Assembly: GCA_005790545.1 (NCBI GenBank)
Contig: SXUL01000068.1
Span: 20,623-84,622, forward strand
Direction of reading: 5' to 3'
From: Planctomycetia bacterium
GTDB taxonomy: Bacteria > Planctomycetota > GCA-002687715
DNA length: 64,000 bases
Shown: piece after piece, positions 9,306 through 18,985 of the stretch
How the letters are laid out: each line of letters starts with the position of its first letter
How positions within the stretch are numbered: the first letter of the stretch is position 1
The notes under the pieces: model-generated
The model's input: the letters and a program-made list of their open reading frames with translations, nothing else
Told to the model about the DNA's origin: nothing
Databases searched by the model: none
Program-made: the position numbers and the translations under genes

Positions 9306-11775
9306 GGTGAAGAAGCCCGGTGCGCTGATCGGCACTCCCTTCCGGCGCGTGGACGCTGTCGGCAAGGTCACGGGGCGCACGCTGTACGCGGACGATCTCG
9401 TCTTTCCGCGTTCGGTGCACATGCGGCTCCTGCGCTCCAACGTGCCGCACGCGGAAATCGTGAGCATCGACGTATCCGCCGCGCGGGCTCTGGAGGGCGT
9501 CGTGGGTGTGCTCACCGGGCGCGACATGCCCGAACCATTCGGCATTCTCCCGGTGTCACAGGACGAGCACGCGCTCTGTCTCGACAAGGTGCGCTTCGTG
9601 GGCGATCCCGTCGCGGCCGTGGCGGCATTGAGCGAGGAAGTCGCGGACGCGGCCTGCAAGCTCATCAAGGTGGAGTATCGCGCTTTGGCGACCATCGCGG
9701 GCTACGACGATGCCATCGATCCCGACAAGGATCTCATCCACGCCTACGGGGATGACAGGAACTTCCACAAGAAGCTCTCCATGCGCTTCGGGGATCTTGA
9801 TGCCGGCTTCGCGCGCGCGGACCTGGTGCTTGAGGACACCGTCTTCTTCGAGGGCAACACCCACCTGCCGATGGAGATGCACGCCTGCACAGCGGTGCCT
9901 GAAGGCGACGGACGCGTGGCGGTGCATTCGAGCACCCAGACACCGCACTATCTGCACAAGGCGCTGACCAAGGTGCTGGGCATTCCAGCGAGCTGGATTC
10001 GCGTCATCGCCACGACCAACGGCGGTGGCTTTGGTGGCAAGACGGATCCGTTCAATCACGAAATCACGGCCGCGAAGATGGCGCTCGCGCTCGGGCGCCC
10101 CGTGCGCATCGCGCTCAGCCGTGAAGAAGTGTTCATGTGTCACCGCGGTCGGCACCCGACGCTCATGCGCATCAAGACCGGGTTCAAGAAGGACGGGTCC
10201 ATCGTGGCGCAGCACTTGAAGACGCTGCTCGATGGCGGCGCCTACGGGAGCTACGGCGTCGCGAGTACCTACTACACCGGTGCTCTGCAGTGCGTCACCT
10301 ACAAGATTCCGACCTATCAATTCGATGGTGCGCGCGTGTGGACCAACAAGCCACCCTGCGGTCCGAAGCGAGGGCATGGCACGCCGCAGCCACGCTTCGC
10401 CCAGGAGATTCACCTCGACAAGGCCGCGCTGCGCCTCGGCCTTGATCCGGCGGAGATGCGCCTCCAGCAACTGCAGCCTGCAGGCGCCGTGACCGCCAAC
10501 TGGCTGAAGATCGGCAGCATGGGCCTCGGTCCGTGCATCAACGCCGTGGTGGAGGGAAGCCGCTGGAAGGAGCGCAGAGGCAAACTCGGATTCGGTCGCG
10601 GGCTCGGCATCGCTTGCTCTTCGTATCTCTCCGGCGCGGGGTTGCCGATCTACTGGAACCACATGCCTCATTCGGGCGTGCAACTGAAACTCGATCGCAG
10701 TGGCGGCGTAGCCGTCTTCTGCGGTGAAACGGAATGCGGACAGGGGAGTGACTCCGTCTTGGCCGCGTGCGTCGCCGATGTGCTGGGTATCGAGCTCTCG
10801 GACATCCGGCTCTGCGTTGCCGACACGGATCTCACGCCAGTGGACCTGGGTTCCTACAGTTCCCGCGTGACGCTCATGATGGGCAACGCGGCACTACAGG
10901 CTGCAGAGCGGGCGAAGGAACTCATCAGCGGCCCTGTTGCGCAGGAGCTCGGCGTCCCGGCGGGGCGCTTGGTCTTCGCCGACCGCCGCGTGTTCGATTC
11001 CGAGAATCCGGCCTGCGGGCGGAGCTTCGCTGAAGCCGTGGTCATCGCAGAGAGCAAACTCGGCACGCTCGGGACCACGGGTTCTTACACGCCGCCCCGG
11101 GCACCGGGCCGCTTTCGTGGTGCAGGCGTGGGGCCTTCTCCAGCCTATTCCTACAGCGCCTGCATCGTGGAAGTGGTGGTCGATCCAGGCACGGGCCTCG
11201 TGCACGTTCCGGACGTTTGGATCGCCCATGATGTGGGCCGCGCACTCAATCCGGTGCTCACGCGTGGTCAGGTGGAGGGTGGCATCTACATGGGGCTCGG
11301 CGAGGCGCTCATGGAAGAGTCTGCTTTCCGGCGTCTGCCGAAGAAGCTCTCCAATGCGCTGGTGCACAAGTTCCCGAACATGCTCGAGTACAAGAGTCCT
11401 ACCTTCCTCGAGATGCCGCGCATTCACACGACCATCGTGGAAGATCCGGATCCGAACGGACCCTACGGGGCGAAGGAAGTGGGACAGGGGCCGATGCTGC
11501 CCGTGATGCCCGCTGTGGCCAACGCCATCTTTGATGCGGTCGGAGTGCGCGTGGATCAGGTCCCCATTCAACCGTGGATGATTCTGAAGGCACTCGCGGA
11601 GAAGGAGCGCGGCGGTGCGGGACGCTTCGGTCCAGCGGAATTCCCCGCCGTGGATTACGGCGCGGCGCTGCATGTGCCGACGCCTGAGGAGGGCGGTGAT
11701 GGCAAGGCCCGGAATGCCGACGAGGTCGGCATCAAAGGTGGCACCATGACCGAGACCCGGAAGGAGATCCGCTGA
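9298..11775 (+). CDS. molybdopterin-binding large subunit of a xanthine dehydrogenase-family enzyme (HcrA/CoxL-like)
   Basis: 825 aa. N-terminus IGTPFRRVDAVGKVTGRTLYADD, plus GGGFGGK and GAKEVGQGP motifs. It overlaps the small-subunit stop by 8 nt. Confidence 0.9.
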   Translation: MAEVKKPGALIGTPFRRVDAVGKVTGRTLYADDLVFPRSVHMRLLRSNVPHAEIVSIDVSAARALEGVVGVLTGRDMPEPFGILPVSQDEHALCLDKVRFVGDPVAAVAALSEEVADAACKLIKVEYRALATIAGYDDAIDPDKDLIHAYGDDRNFHKKLSMRFGDLDAGFARADLVLEDTVFFEGNTHLPMEMHACTAVPEGDGRVAVHSSTQTPHYLHKALTKVLGIPASWIRVIATTNGGGFGGKTDPFNHEITAAKMALALGRPVRIALSREEVFMCHRGRHPTLMRIKTGFKKDGSIVAQHLKTLLDGGAYGSYGVASTYYTGALQCVTYKIPTYQFDGARVWTNKPPCGPKRGHGTPQPRFAQEIHLDKAALRLGLDPAEMRLQQLQPAGAVTANWLKIGSMGLGPCINAVVEGSRWKERRGKLGFGRGLGIACSSYLSGAGLPIYWNHMPHSGVQLKLDRSGGVAVFCGETECGQGSDSVLAACVADVLGIELSDIRLCVADTDLTPVDLGSYSSRVTLMMGNAALQAAERAKELISGPVAQELGVPAGRLVFADRRVFDSENPACGRSFAEAVVIAESKLGTLGTTGSYTPPRAPGRFRGAGVGPSPAYSYSACIVEVVVDPGTGLVHVPDVWIAHDVGRALNPVLTRGQVEGGIYMGLGEALMEESAFRRLPKKLSNALVHKFPNMLEYKSPTFLEMPRIHTTIVEDPDPNGPYGAKEVGQGPMLPVMPAVANAIFDAVGVRVDQVPIQPWMILKALAEKERGGAGRFGPAEFPAVDYGAALHVPTPEEGGDGKARNADEVGIKGGTMTETRKEIR

Positions 11776-12800
11776 TGCTGCGCCTTCCGGAACTGGATTT
11801 TCTTTCTCCCTCGACCATTGAAGAGGCCCTGCAAATGCTCGCGGATGACCCGAGCGGTACACGGGTGCTGGCTGGCGGTACGGATCTCGTGCCCAATCTG
11901 AAAAGACGGCACCAACACGCGCGACGACTGGTGAGCCTTGGCCGCCTTGCATCCTTGCGTGGTGTGAGCGGTGACCCCGCGCATGGCCTGCGCGTGGGAG
12001 CGATGACCACCTTGCGCTCCATTCTCAAGAATGAAGTGCTGGAACAACATTGGCCGGGCCTGATCGCTGCGGTGCGCTCCATTTCAAGCCCGGTGTTGCA
12101 GAGCATGGGCACCATCGGGGGCAATCTCTGCCTCGATACGCGCTGCACTTATTACAACCAGACGGAGGAGTGGCGCTCTGCCATCGGCTACTGCATGAAG
12201 GAAGCGGGCGACACTTGCTGGGTGGCGCCGAGCTCCTCGCGTTGCTGGGCCATTGCCGCGAGTGATGCGGCCCCGCTTCTGTGCGCCATTGGCGCCCGTG
12301 TGCGTCTGGCTTCCACGCGGGGAGAGCGTGAGCTCGCGGTGGAAGCACTGCTCTGTGATGACGGCATCGCTTATCTGTCCAAGGCTCCGGACGAGGTGCT
12401 CACTGATGTGTTGTTGCCTCCTGCCGGGACTTGGAAGGCCACCTATTGGAAGCTCCGCCGTCGTGGGAGCATCGATTTTCCGGTCCTCGGTGTCGGGACG
12501 GCACTGCGCGTCGGGAAGAACGGCGTGGTGGAGGATGTGCGCATCTTCCTCGGAGCCGTCGCATCGGCCCCGGTGCGCGCCCTTGCGGCCGAGTCCATCC
12601 TCCAGGGGCACATCCTCGACGAAACGACGCTTGTCAGCGCCGGGAAGGCAGCCCAGGAAGTGGCCACTGCGCTCGACAACACCGACTTCACCATGACCTG
12701 GCGCCGGCAGATGATCCCGCATTACGTGGCTGGCACGCTCCGCGAGCTGGCAGACCTGCCACGCGTCGGCCTGCTGGGTGCTGATGGTCTGGAGTGCTGA
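11775..12800 (+). CDS. FAD-binding medium subunit with Cys-rich insertion (HcrB-like)
   Basis: AGGTDLVPNLK FAD motif. The insertion reads CLDTRCTYYNQTEEWRSAIGYCMKEAGDTCWVAPSSSRC (aa 119-157). The start overlaps the previous stop (TGATG). Confidence 0.88.
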   Translation: MLRLPELDFLSPSTIEEALQMLADDPSGTRVLAGGTDLVPNLKRRHQHARRLVSLGRLASLRGVSGDPAHGLRVGAMTTLRSILKNEVLEQHWPGLIAAVRSISSPVLQSMGTIGGNLCLDTRCTYYNQTEEWRSAIGYCMKEAGDTCWVAPSSSRCWAIAASDAAPLLCAIGARVRLASTRGERELAVEALLCDDGIAYLSKAPDEVLTDVLLPPAGTWKATYWKLRRRGSIDFPVLGVGTALRVGKNGVVEDVRIFLGAVASAPVRALAAESILQGHILDETTLVSAGKAAQEVATALDNTDFTMTWRRQMIPHYVAGTLRELADLPRVGLLGADGLEC

Positions 12801-12839
12801 AGGGCCGCTCGGCTGCAAGGGAGCAGCCTGTCCGCCGCT

Positions 12840-13442
12840 TCAGATTTCGCGAGGGAGATCCGCGAGGTCTTGCGGGTGATCGAGATCACGGTGGAGGAGC
12901 GGGTTGTCCACCCGCACCCAGCGGACGTTGGCTGCACGATCCTGAATGAACGTGCGGAGAGTACCGAGGGCATTCATGGCGCTGAGCTCCTTCAACAGCG
13001 CTCTGCCGAACAGAACAGGATGCCCGCTGCGTCCGTCACAGCTCGGGCGCCAAATGCCGGTGTCGGGTGAGAGATCCAGGGACATGGCGGCCAGCAAGCA
13101 CTGCACATCGGCGCTGCGTGCGAAGGCGCAGTCAACTGGAAGGACGAGGAGCGGCGCTGCCGGATGGGGCAGCAGAGACTCTGCTCCGCAGCGCACGCTG
13201 CTGCCCATGCCGCGCGCCGGATCCGGGTTGCAGACAGTGAGGATTCCCAGTTCTCCGGCCGTCTGCTCCGCTGTCGCTTGATGCGCCGACAGCACAGCGG
13301 TGATGTGCAAGACACCCGCTGCGCGCAGCATCCGCACTTGGCGTGCGAGCAGCGTCTCACCGTGCACCAGCAGGGTCGCCTTGGGGGTTCCCATGCGCAC
13401 GCCCGCACCGGCCGCAAGGATGAGTGCCTGAACGGCGGACAT
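12840..13442 (-). CDS. mocA: molybdenum cofactor cytidylyltransferase-like nucleotidyltransferase
   Basis: MSAVQALILAAGAGVRMGTPKATL from the ATG at 13442. The ORF-track start at 13466 is a TTG. It sits beside the Mo-hydroxylase genes. Confidence 0.8.
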   Translation of the reverse strand: MSAVQALILAAGAGVRMGTPKATLLVHGETLLARQVRMLRAAGVLHITAVLSAHQATAEQTAGELGILTVCNPDPARGMGSSVRCGAESLLPHPAAPLLVLPVDCAFARSADVQCLLAAMSLDLSPDTGIWRPSCDGRSGHPVLFGRALLKELSAMNALGTLRTFIQDRAANVRWVRVDNPLLHRDLDHPQDLADLPREI

Positions 13443-13485
13443 GGGCGTGGTCGGAGGCAGCGTCAAAGCCGTGGTTTGCAGTCCG

Positions 13486-14724
13486 TCACGGCACGCGGCA
13501 GAGGAAGCCCTTGAGGTAGCGGGATTCCGGTGTTTCGAGGGCCATGGGATGGTCCGGCGCAGCGCCCGTGATTTCGAGGATCTGGACTTCGCGTCCGGCG
13601 CCCCGCGCGCTGGAGCGGAGCATGGCGAGGAAGTCGTCTTCCGAGACGGCGCCGCTGCACGAGAAGGTCAGGAAGAGCCCACCCGGGCGCACTGCGCGGA
13701 GCGCAAGAGTGTTCATGTCTTGATAGGTGTCGAGGGCGCGCGCGACTTCGTCGCGACCGCGCGCGAGCTTCGGCGGATCGAGAATCACCACGTCGTGGCG
13801 CTTTTCCGTGGCAAGCAACTGGCGCAACCACGGGAAGAGGTCCGCATGCACCCACTGCACCCGGAGCTTGTTCCGGCGCGCATTGAACTCGGCTGCGGCG
13901 ATGGCTTTCTCATCAAGATCGACGGCCGTCACGCCCGCGGCGCCAGCCTTGGCGGCTGCGAGCGCGAAGCCCCCTGCGTTGCAGCAGAGGTCGAGGACAT
14001 GGCGGCCTGGTGCGAGCATGGCCATGCGCGTGCGTTGATCGCGTTGGTCGAGGAACAGGCCGGACTTGTGGCCCTCTGCGAGGTCCACGGCGTAGAGGAT
14101 TCCGTCCTCGGTGATGTCCACGCGCGTGCCTTGCGGAATCCCGGGCAGGCTGAAGCCTTCGAGCTTCGCGGCGTGGTCATCCGCGCGGAAGAAGGCGCGC
14201 GTGATGCCTGCGTGTTCGCGGAGTTGCCGCTCCAGAACCTCTGCATGGGCGACCCAGCCGATGGAATGCACAAGCACGATGGCGGTGTCCGCGTAGCGAT
14301 CGACGATGAGCCCCGAGAGACGATCGCCTTCCGCGTGCACGAGGCGAAAGGCATTGGTGCGTGCAGGGAGTTTCAGGACGTCGCGGCGCAACTCGATGGC
14401 TGTCCTCAGACGGAGAGCCAGCATGGCTTCGAAGTTGGCCTCGGCCTCAGGCCCGGTGAGGATGCGGAAGGCGATCTCACTCTGGCGGTTCAGAAAGCCG
14501 CGCGCGATGAGTCGGCCATCCTTGCCATGCAGGGGGATGAAGCTCCCGTTGGGCACCGAGCGCCGCGGCATGCGCAGCATCTTCTTCCAGACCCACTGGC
14601 CTTCAGGGAGGCGGGGGACCCGGAGCAGTGCAGCCTCTTCAGGCACGCCTGCGGGAAAATGTTCCACCTCGGGTGCGGAATCGAAACGTGGGCGGCGCGA
14701 AGGAAGGCGACGATTGTGCTGCAC
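13486..14724 (-). CDS. rlmI: class I SAM-dependent 23S rRNA (cytosine-C5) methyltransferase, RlmI-like
   Basis: PUA-like N-terminus, SAM motif VLDLCCNAGGFALAAA, and DPPKLA. The start (GTG at 14724) is uncertain. Confidence 0.85.
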   Translation of the reverse strand: MQHNRRLPSRRPRFDSAPEVEHFPAGVPEEAALLRVPRLPEGQWVWKKMLRMPRRSVPNGSFIPLHGKDGRLIARGFLNRQSEIAFRILTGPEAEANFEAMLALRLRTAIELRRDVLKLPARTNAFRLVHAEGDRLSGLIVDRYADTAIVLVHSIGWVAHAEVLERQLREHAGITRAFFRADDHAAKLEGFSLPGIPQGTRVDITEDGILYAVDLAEGHKSGLFLDQRDQRTRMAMLAPGRHVLDLCCNAGGFALAAAKAGAAGVTAVDLDEKAIAAAEFNARRNKLRVQWVHADLFPWLRQLLATEKRHDVVILDPPKLARGRDEVARALDTYQDMNTLALRAVRPGGLFLTFSCSGAVSEDDFLAMLRSSARGAGREVQILEITGAAPDHPMALETPESRYLKGFLCRVP

Positions 14725-14763
14725 GCAGGCGTTGTAGCAGGCAGAACGAGGCTCGGTGATAGG

Positions 14764-16302
14764 ATGCAGCGCCGTGCTCGACGCGGCCCTCTCACGATGA
14801 GCACACCCGTCCCCGCTGCAGCCGCTTCGAAGATCGCGCGCGGTGGGCTGTTCCTCACGCTCACGAAACTGTGGTTCATTCTCGGCAGTTACGTCATCTA
14901 CTTCGGGATGACGCGTGTCTCGTCCGCGGGTGATGCCATCCTTGGCGACTACAAGCTGGCGGGAGTGTGGTTGTCCATTCTCGGGACCGTGCTGGTGCAG
15001 GGCACGACCCAGGCGGTGTCACGCTTCGTGAGTGCGGACCCTGCCGGTACGCGTGCTTTGCGGAGGAAGGCGCTTGTTTTTCAACTCGGGCTCGGCGGCG
15101 CCCTTTCCGCGCTCTATTTCTGCGCGGCTCCGTGGATCGCAGGTGATGACACGCGACTTGTCGCGCCGCTCCGCGTCAGCGCGGCCATCCCTTTCATCTA
15201 CAGTCTGTATGCGGTCGTGCTGGGCGTTCTCAACGGGCGGAAGGCCTACGGTTTGCAAGCGGCCATTGATGGCTCATTCACGACGGCCAAGTTGGCGCTC
15301 GTCCTCGTGGGCACCGCTGTGTTTGGCACTGCGGCCGGCGCCTACGGCGGGTTTGCGCTCGCAGCACTGGTGATTCTCGTTGCTGCGACGCTGACCAGTG
15401 GGCGCACCATCGGTGCCGCGGAATCCACGGGTGTCGGCCCGTCGGTTCGAGCCTTCGCGGGTTACCAGTTCCAGACCGTGGGCTTCATGCTGGTTGTGCA
15501 GTGGGTCGTGCAGATGGACCTGCAGTACTTTCAGTGGTTCCTGGACGGGTCGGCGGTCGAACGCGATGCCGGGCGGACGCTTTATGCCGCAGTGCAGCTC
15601 TTCGCCCAGATTCCCTATTCCCTCGTGGTGGCCGTGACCCTCGTGATGTTCCCGCTGGTCTCTGCGAGCGCGGCCGAAGGTGGAGCCGCTGCGCAACGCT
15701 ACATCCGTGAAGCACTGCGCTGGGCGCTGTTGATCGTGGTGTCTTCGACGGCGGTGATCATTGCCCGACCCGAGGGCTCCTTGCCGCTGTTGCTGAAGGA
15801 CTACACCGCTCTCGCAGAGCATCACACCGCAGCACCACTTGCCCTGGCCCTGCTCGGCGTGGGGTACGTCGCATTCGCGCTCTACTTCCTGCTCGGATCG
15901 GCGTTGAATGCGGCGGGCTCCGCTGCGAGCAGTGTCGTGATCGGGGTTGTGATGGCGGCGACGCAGTGCGTGCTTTTCTTCGCTCTCACGCCAAGCTTCG
16001 GCATCGTGGGCCCGGCTCTTGCGGGCGCCATCGCCATGACTGTTGGTGCCGTGACAGCCTTCGTCGTGGTCGGTCGACGCTTCGGTTCTGTCTTGCCCGC
16101 TGCCACACTCTTGCGTGCCGTTCTCGCGGCGGCCGCCGGCGTGGGGGTGGCGCATCTGTGTCCCACAGGCAGCTTCCTCCTCACCTTGGCGCGCTTTGCC
16201 GCGACGGGGCTCACGCTGCTCAGCGTGCTCATCCTCACGGGGGAATTCTCGCGCGAGGATCGGCAACGCATCCTCGGCATGTTGGGACGCGGACGACGGT
16301 GA
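14764..16302 (+). CDS. polysaccharide biosynthesis protein / Wzx-like (MOP superfamily) flippase
   Basis: This is the C-terminal 513 codons of ORF 13441..16302; the upstream part is antisense to rlmI. The protein is almost entirely hydrophobic with about 12-14 TM segments. The start is ATG 14764 or ATG 14797. Confidence 0.75.
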   Translation: MQRRARRGPLTMSTPVPAAAASKIARGGLFLTLTKLWFILGSYVIYFGMTRVSSAGDAILGDYKLAGVWLSILGTVLVQGTTQAVSRFVSADPAGTRALRRKALVFQLGLGGALSALYFCAAPWIAGDDTRLVAPLRVSAAIPFIYSLYAVVLGVLNGRKAYGLQAAIDGSFTTAKLALVLVGTAVFGTAAGAYGGFALAALVILVAATLTSGRTIGAAESTGVGPSVRAFAGYQFQTVGFMLVVQWVVQMDLQYFQWFLDGSAVERDAGRTLYAAVQLFAQIPYSLVVAVTLVMFPLVSASAAEGGAAAQRYIREALRWALLIVVSSTAVIIARPEGSLPLLLKDYTALAEHHTAAPLALALLGVGYVAFALYFLLGSALNAAGSAASSVVIGVVMAATQCVLFFALTPSFGIVGPALAGAIAMTVGAVTAFVVVGRRFGSVLPAATLLRAVLAAAAGVGVAHLCPTGSFLLTLARFAATGLTLLSVLILTGEFSREDRQRILGMLGRGRR

Positions 16303-17228
16303 TCTGCAACCGGTGCGTGTGGGTGGTGGTGCCCGCCTTCGAAGAAGCGCGTCTGATCGGGGCCATGCTGCGAGGCTTGCCTCCGACGCTCTCGGGCGTG
16401 CTCGTGGTGGATGATGCGTCCACGGACGACACGGCAGGCATCGTGACCGGTTTCATCGACGAGCAGCACGAGAATGCAGCGCCGTCGGTCGCGCCGCCGC
16501 TCTTCCTTGTCCGGCATACGCAGAATGCCGGCGTCGGTGCGGCCATCACCACGGGCTATCGCGCCTTCCTCGAGCGCGCAACGGATCCTGATGCGGTGTG
16601 CGTGGTCATGGGCGGCGACAACCAGATGGACCCGCACGATCTGGCGGTGCTCGTCGACGCCATCAGAAGAGGATCCGACTACTCCAAGGGCAACCGCTTT
16701 GTTGCTGATCAGGCGCGGAGCAACATGCCTTGGGTGCGTTGGTGCGGGAACATCGGACTGACTCTCATGACGCGTTGGGCCACCGGGCTGTGGCACATCA
16801 GCGACTCCCAATGTGGATACGCGGCCATCTCGCGGAGTGCACTCTCTCGCCTGCCACTAGCAGATCTGTACGCGCGCTACGGTTTTCCGAATGACATGCT
16901 GCTGCATCTGGCTGAGCTGGGCATGTCGGTGGCAGACGTGCCGGTGCGGGCGATCTACGCCGGTGAGCGCTCCAAGATCCGCCTGCCGCGTGTTGCGCCG
17001 CGCATCTTCTGGATGCTGCTCTCGGGCTGGATACGCCGTCAGTGTCGCGCTGGCGTGATGGGCGTGGTCTTGTTGCTGCTTCTCGCGGCGTCTTGCCTGC
17101 TCCCGTTCCTCGTCCTGTTGGGTGCACACACGGGAGGCTTGGCGCTCCTCGCCATGGCAGCCGTGCTTCTCGCGCTGCTGTTGTCGGCCCTGCGAGAATC
17201 ACGGGCGCCATGCGCATCCTCGCACTGA
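16299..17228 (+). CDS. family 2 glycosyltransferase with two C-terminal TM helices (GtrB/ArnC-like polyprenyl-phosphate sugar synthase)
   Basis: The GTG at 16299 overlaps the flippase stop (GTGA). Motifs VVVPAFEEARLIG, VVDDASTDDT and GGDNQMDP. Hydrophobic C-terminal tail VVLLLLLAASCLLPFLVLLG...LALLAMAAVLLALLL. Confidence 0.85.
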   Translation: MICNRCVWVVVPAFEEARLIGAMLRGLPPTLSGVLVVDDASTDDTAGIVTGFIDEQHENAAPSVAPPLFLVRHTQNAGVGAAITTGYRAFLERATDPDAVCVVMGGDNQMDPHDLAVLVDAIRRGSDYSKGNRFVADQARSNMPWVRWCGNIGLTLMTRWATGLWHISDSQCGYAAISRSALSRLPLADLYARYGFPNDMLLHLAELGMSVADVPVRAIYAGERSKIRLPRVAPRIFWMLLSGWIRRQCRAGVMGVVLLLLLAASCLLPFLVLLGAHTGGLALLAMAAVLLALLLSALRESRAPCASSH

Positions 17229-18334
17229 CAAGCTCCTGGCCGCGTCACGCCGAGGATCACTGCGGCCGGTTTGTTGCGGACCTGCATGAGGCGTTGCAAG
17301 GTCTCGGTCACAGTGTGACAACGATTGCTCCTGCATCAGATGGAGCACCAGTGAGCGAGAACTCCGCTGCGGGGGAGGTCGTTCGCGTCGGGAGGGACGA
17401 AGGGGTCTTTCAACGCCGCGGAGTCGAGCACGAAATCCGCCGCCGACCGTGGAAATGGCGTGGCGTTGTGCGCTTCATGCACGAGGCGCGCGACGCGCTC
17501 GCTGCGTTCGAGGCGGAGAGTGAACTCCTGCTCGTGCACTGGCCTGTGCCGCTGTTGCGGGCGGTCGCGAAGGATTGGTCGACACCCATCCTCGGGATCG
17601 CACATGGCGCGGATCTGGCGTTGTTGCGTCATCCGTTGCTCGCGGCCATGCTCGGTCGAGGCCGTGTGCGCGGACGTCTCGCCGGTCTCCTGACGGTGCG
17701 CAGAGTCGATCCGGTTCTCATCGCGAAGATCTTCGGTGCGCTGCCTGTCGCGGTGCATGCCATGGGAGCCAATTCGCGCGTGTTCCGGCCTGCTGGCGTC
17801 ATGGACCCGGAGGCCAAGGGGCGTGTGCTGGGCGTTGGACGCTTTGAGCGCCTGAAGGGCTTCGATCTCCTGCTGCGCGCTGCGGCCGCGTGCGAGCTGC
17901 CCGTCATGCTGCTCGGTGACGGGCCTGAACGAGCGCACCTCGTGCGGCTCGCAAGAGACTTGCAGGTGGACCTTCTCGCGCCGGGGTTTCGCGGGCGCGA
18001 GGCCGTGGCCGCAGCTCTGCGTTCTGCGCGCGTGCTGGTGCAACCAAGTCGGCGCGGGTTCTTCGGGCGCGAAGAGGGCTTTCCCGTGGCGGTGATGGAG
18101 GCGCGCGCAACAGGCTGTCCCGTGCTGGCTTCCCGGACGGGTGGGTTGCCGGAACGCCTGCACGCTGAAGAACTCTTTGTCGCTGACGATCTGGCGGATT
18201 TGGTGCGTCAGTTGCGACCCTACGGTCGGATTCCCGCTGCAGCGCGTCCTGAGGCCGATCCCTTCGCCAGTGCGGAGGCTACAGCACGAGCGCTGCTCGG
18301 ACTTGTTCCGCCTCGGCCAGTTCGTCAGCACTGA
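17210..18334 (+). CDS. family 4 (GT-B) glycosyltransferase
   Basis: The internal ATG at 17210 gives MRILALTSSWPRHAEDHCGRFV... The C-terminal region FGREEGFPVAVMEARATGCPVLAS is typical of GT4. Confidence 0.85.
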   Translation: MRILALTSSWPRHAEDHCGRFVADLHEALQGLGHSVTTIAPASDGAPVSENSAAGEVVRVGRDEGVFQRRGVEHEIRRRPWKWRGVVRFMHEARDALAAFEAESELLLVHWPVPLLRAVAKDWSTPILGIAHGADLALLRHPLLAAMLGRGRVRGRLAGLLTVRRVDPVLIAKIFGALPVAVHAMGANSRVFRPAGVMDPEAKGRVLGVGRFERLKGFDLLLRAAAACELPVMLLGDGPERAHLVRLARDLQVDLLAPGFRGREAVAAALRSARVLVQPSRRGFFGREEGFPVAVMEARATGCPVLASRTGGLPERLHAEELFVADDLADLVRQLRPYGRIPAAARPEADPFASAEATARALLGLVPPRPVRQH

Positions 18335-18983
18335 ATGTGGCTGGCACGAGGGGGCCAAGTGCGGATTCGAGGGCTGCCGCGAAGCGCTGGGCAAGTGCTT
18401 CCGGGGTCGGGCACTCCTGAACGACGTCCTCGACGGCTGCTGTCCCGGGCATCAGGGGATGGCGGCGGAGGATGAGCGATCCGTGGTGGAGCATTCGCGT
18501 GCGGGTACGCCGCTGCGCCGAGCCCATGAGCTTTCGCCCCTGCACCACAATGTCGATGTCGGTCGCGCGATCAAAGCAGAGCAGTGGGCTCTTTCCCGCG
18601 TGGGTGGCGCTCCCACGTTCTGCTGCGTTCACTCCGAGTTCGTGCAGCACGGCGATGAAGGCGCTGTTGACGCGCGTGTAGGAATCCGGGCGTGAGAGTT
18701 GCGCGAGGGGATGCTCCGCCGGTGCGCTCAGGGACCAGGTGAGCTCATGCGCGTGCACAATGGCGCCACCGCCTGTCTGACGCCGGACCAGAGGCAATCC
18801 GTGTCTCCGCAGCGCCTCCAGCTCTCCCGCGTCACGCTGGAACCAACCCAACGATATGCCCGGGGGCGACCACGTGAAGAAACGAAGAGTCGGGGGCCCG
18901 CTTCCCGCCAGCAGTACCTTGTCGAGCGCCATCTGCAGATCCGGCGCGGCTGCGAGGAATGGCAGCCAGCGCACGGTCTGCAT
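18279..18983 (-). CDS. lipoate-protein ligase family protein (LplA/LipB catalytic domain only)
   Basis: Motifs RRQTGGGAIVH and KLMGSAQRR. It starts 2 nt after the gcvPB stop. Its 3-prime end overlaps the convergent GT4 gene by 56 nt. Confidence 0.85.
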   Translation of the reverse strand: MQTVRWLPFLAAAPDLQMALDKVLLAGSGPPTLRFFTWSPPGISLGWFQRDAGELEALRRHGLPLVRRQTGGGAIVHAHELTWSLSAPAEHPLAQLSRPDSYTRVNSAFIAVLHELGVNAAERGSATHAGKSPLLCFDRATDIDIVVQGRKLMGSAQRRTRTRMLHHGSLILRRHPLMPGTAAVEDVVQECPTPEALAQRFAAALESALGPLVPATFSADELAEAEQVRAALVL

Positions 18984-18985
18984 CG

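Noticed and set aside
13441-14763. The N-terminal ~440 codons of the 953-aa ORF 13441..16302, which would make a giant fusion protein.
   Set aside because: This part is exactly antisense to rlmI and has no membrane or enzyme features. The flippase-like hydrophobic protein only begins near 14764-14797.
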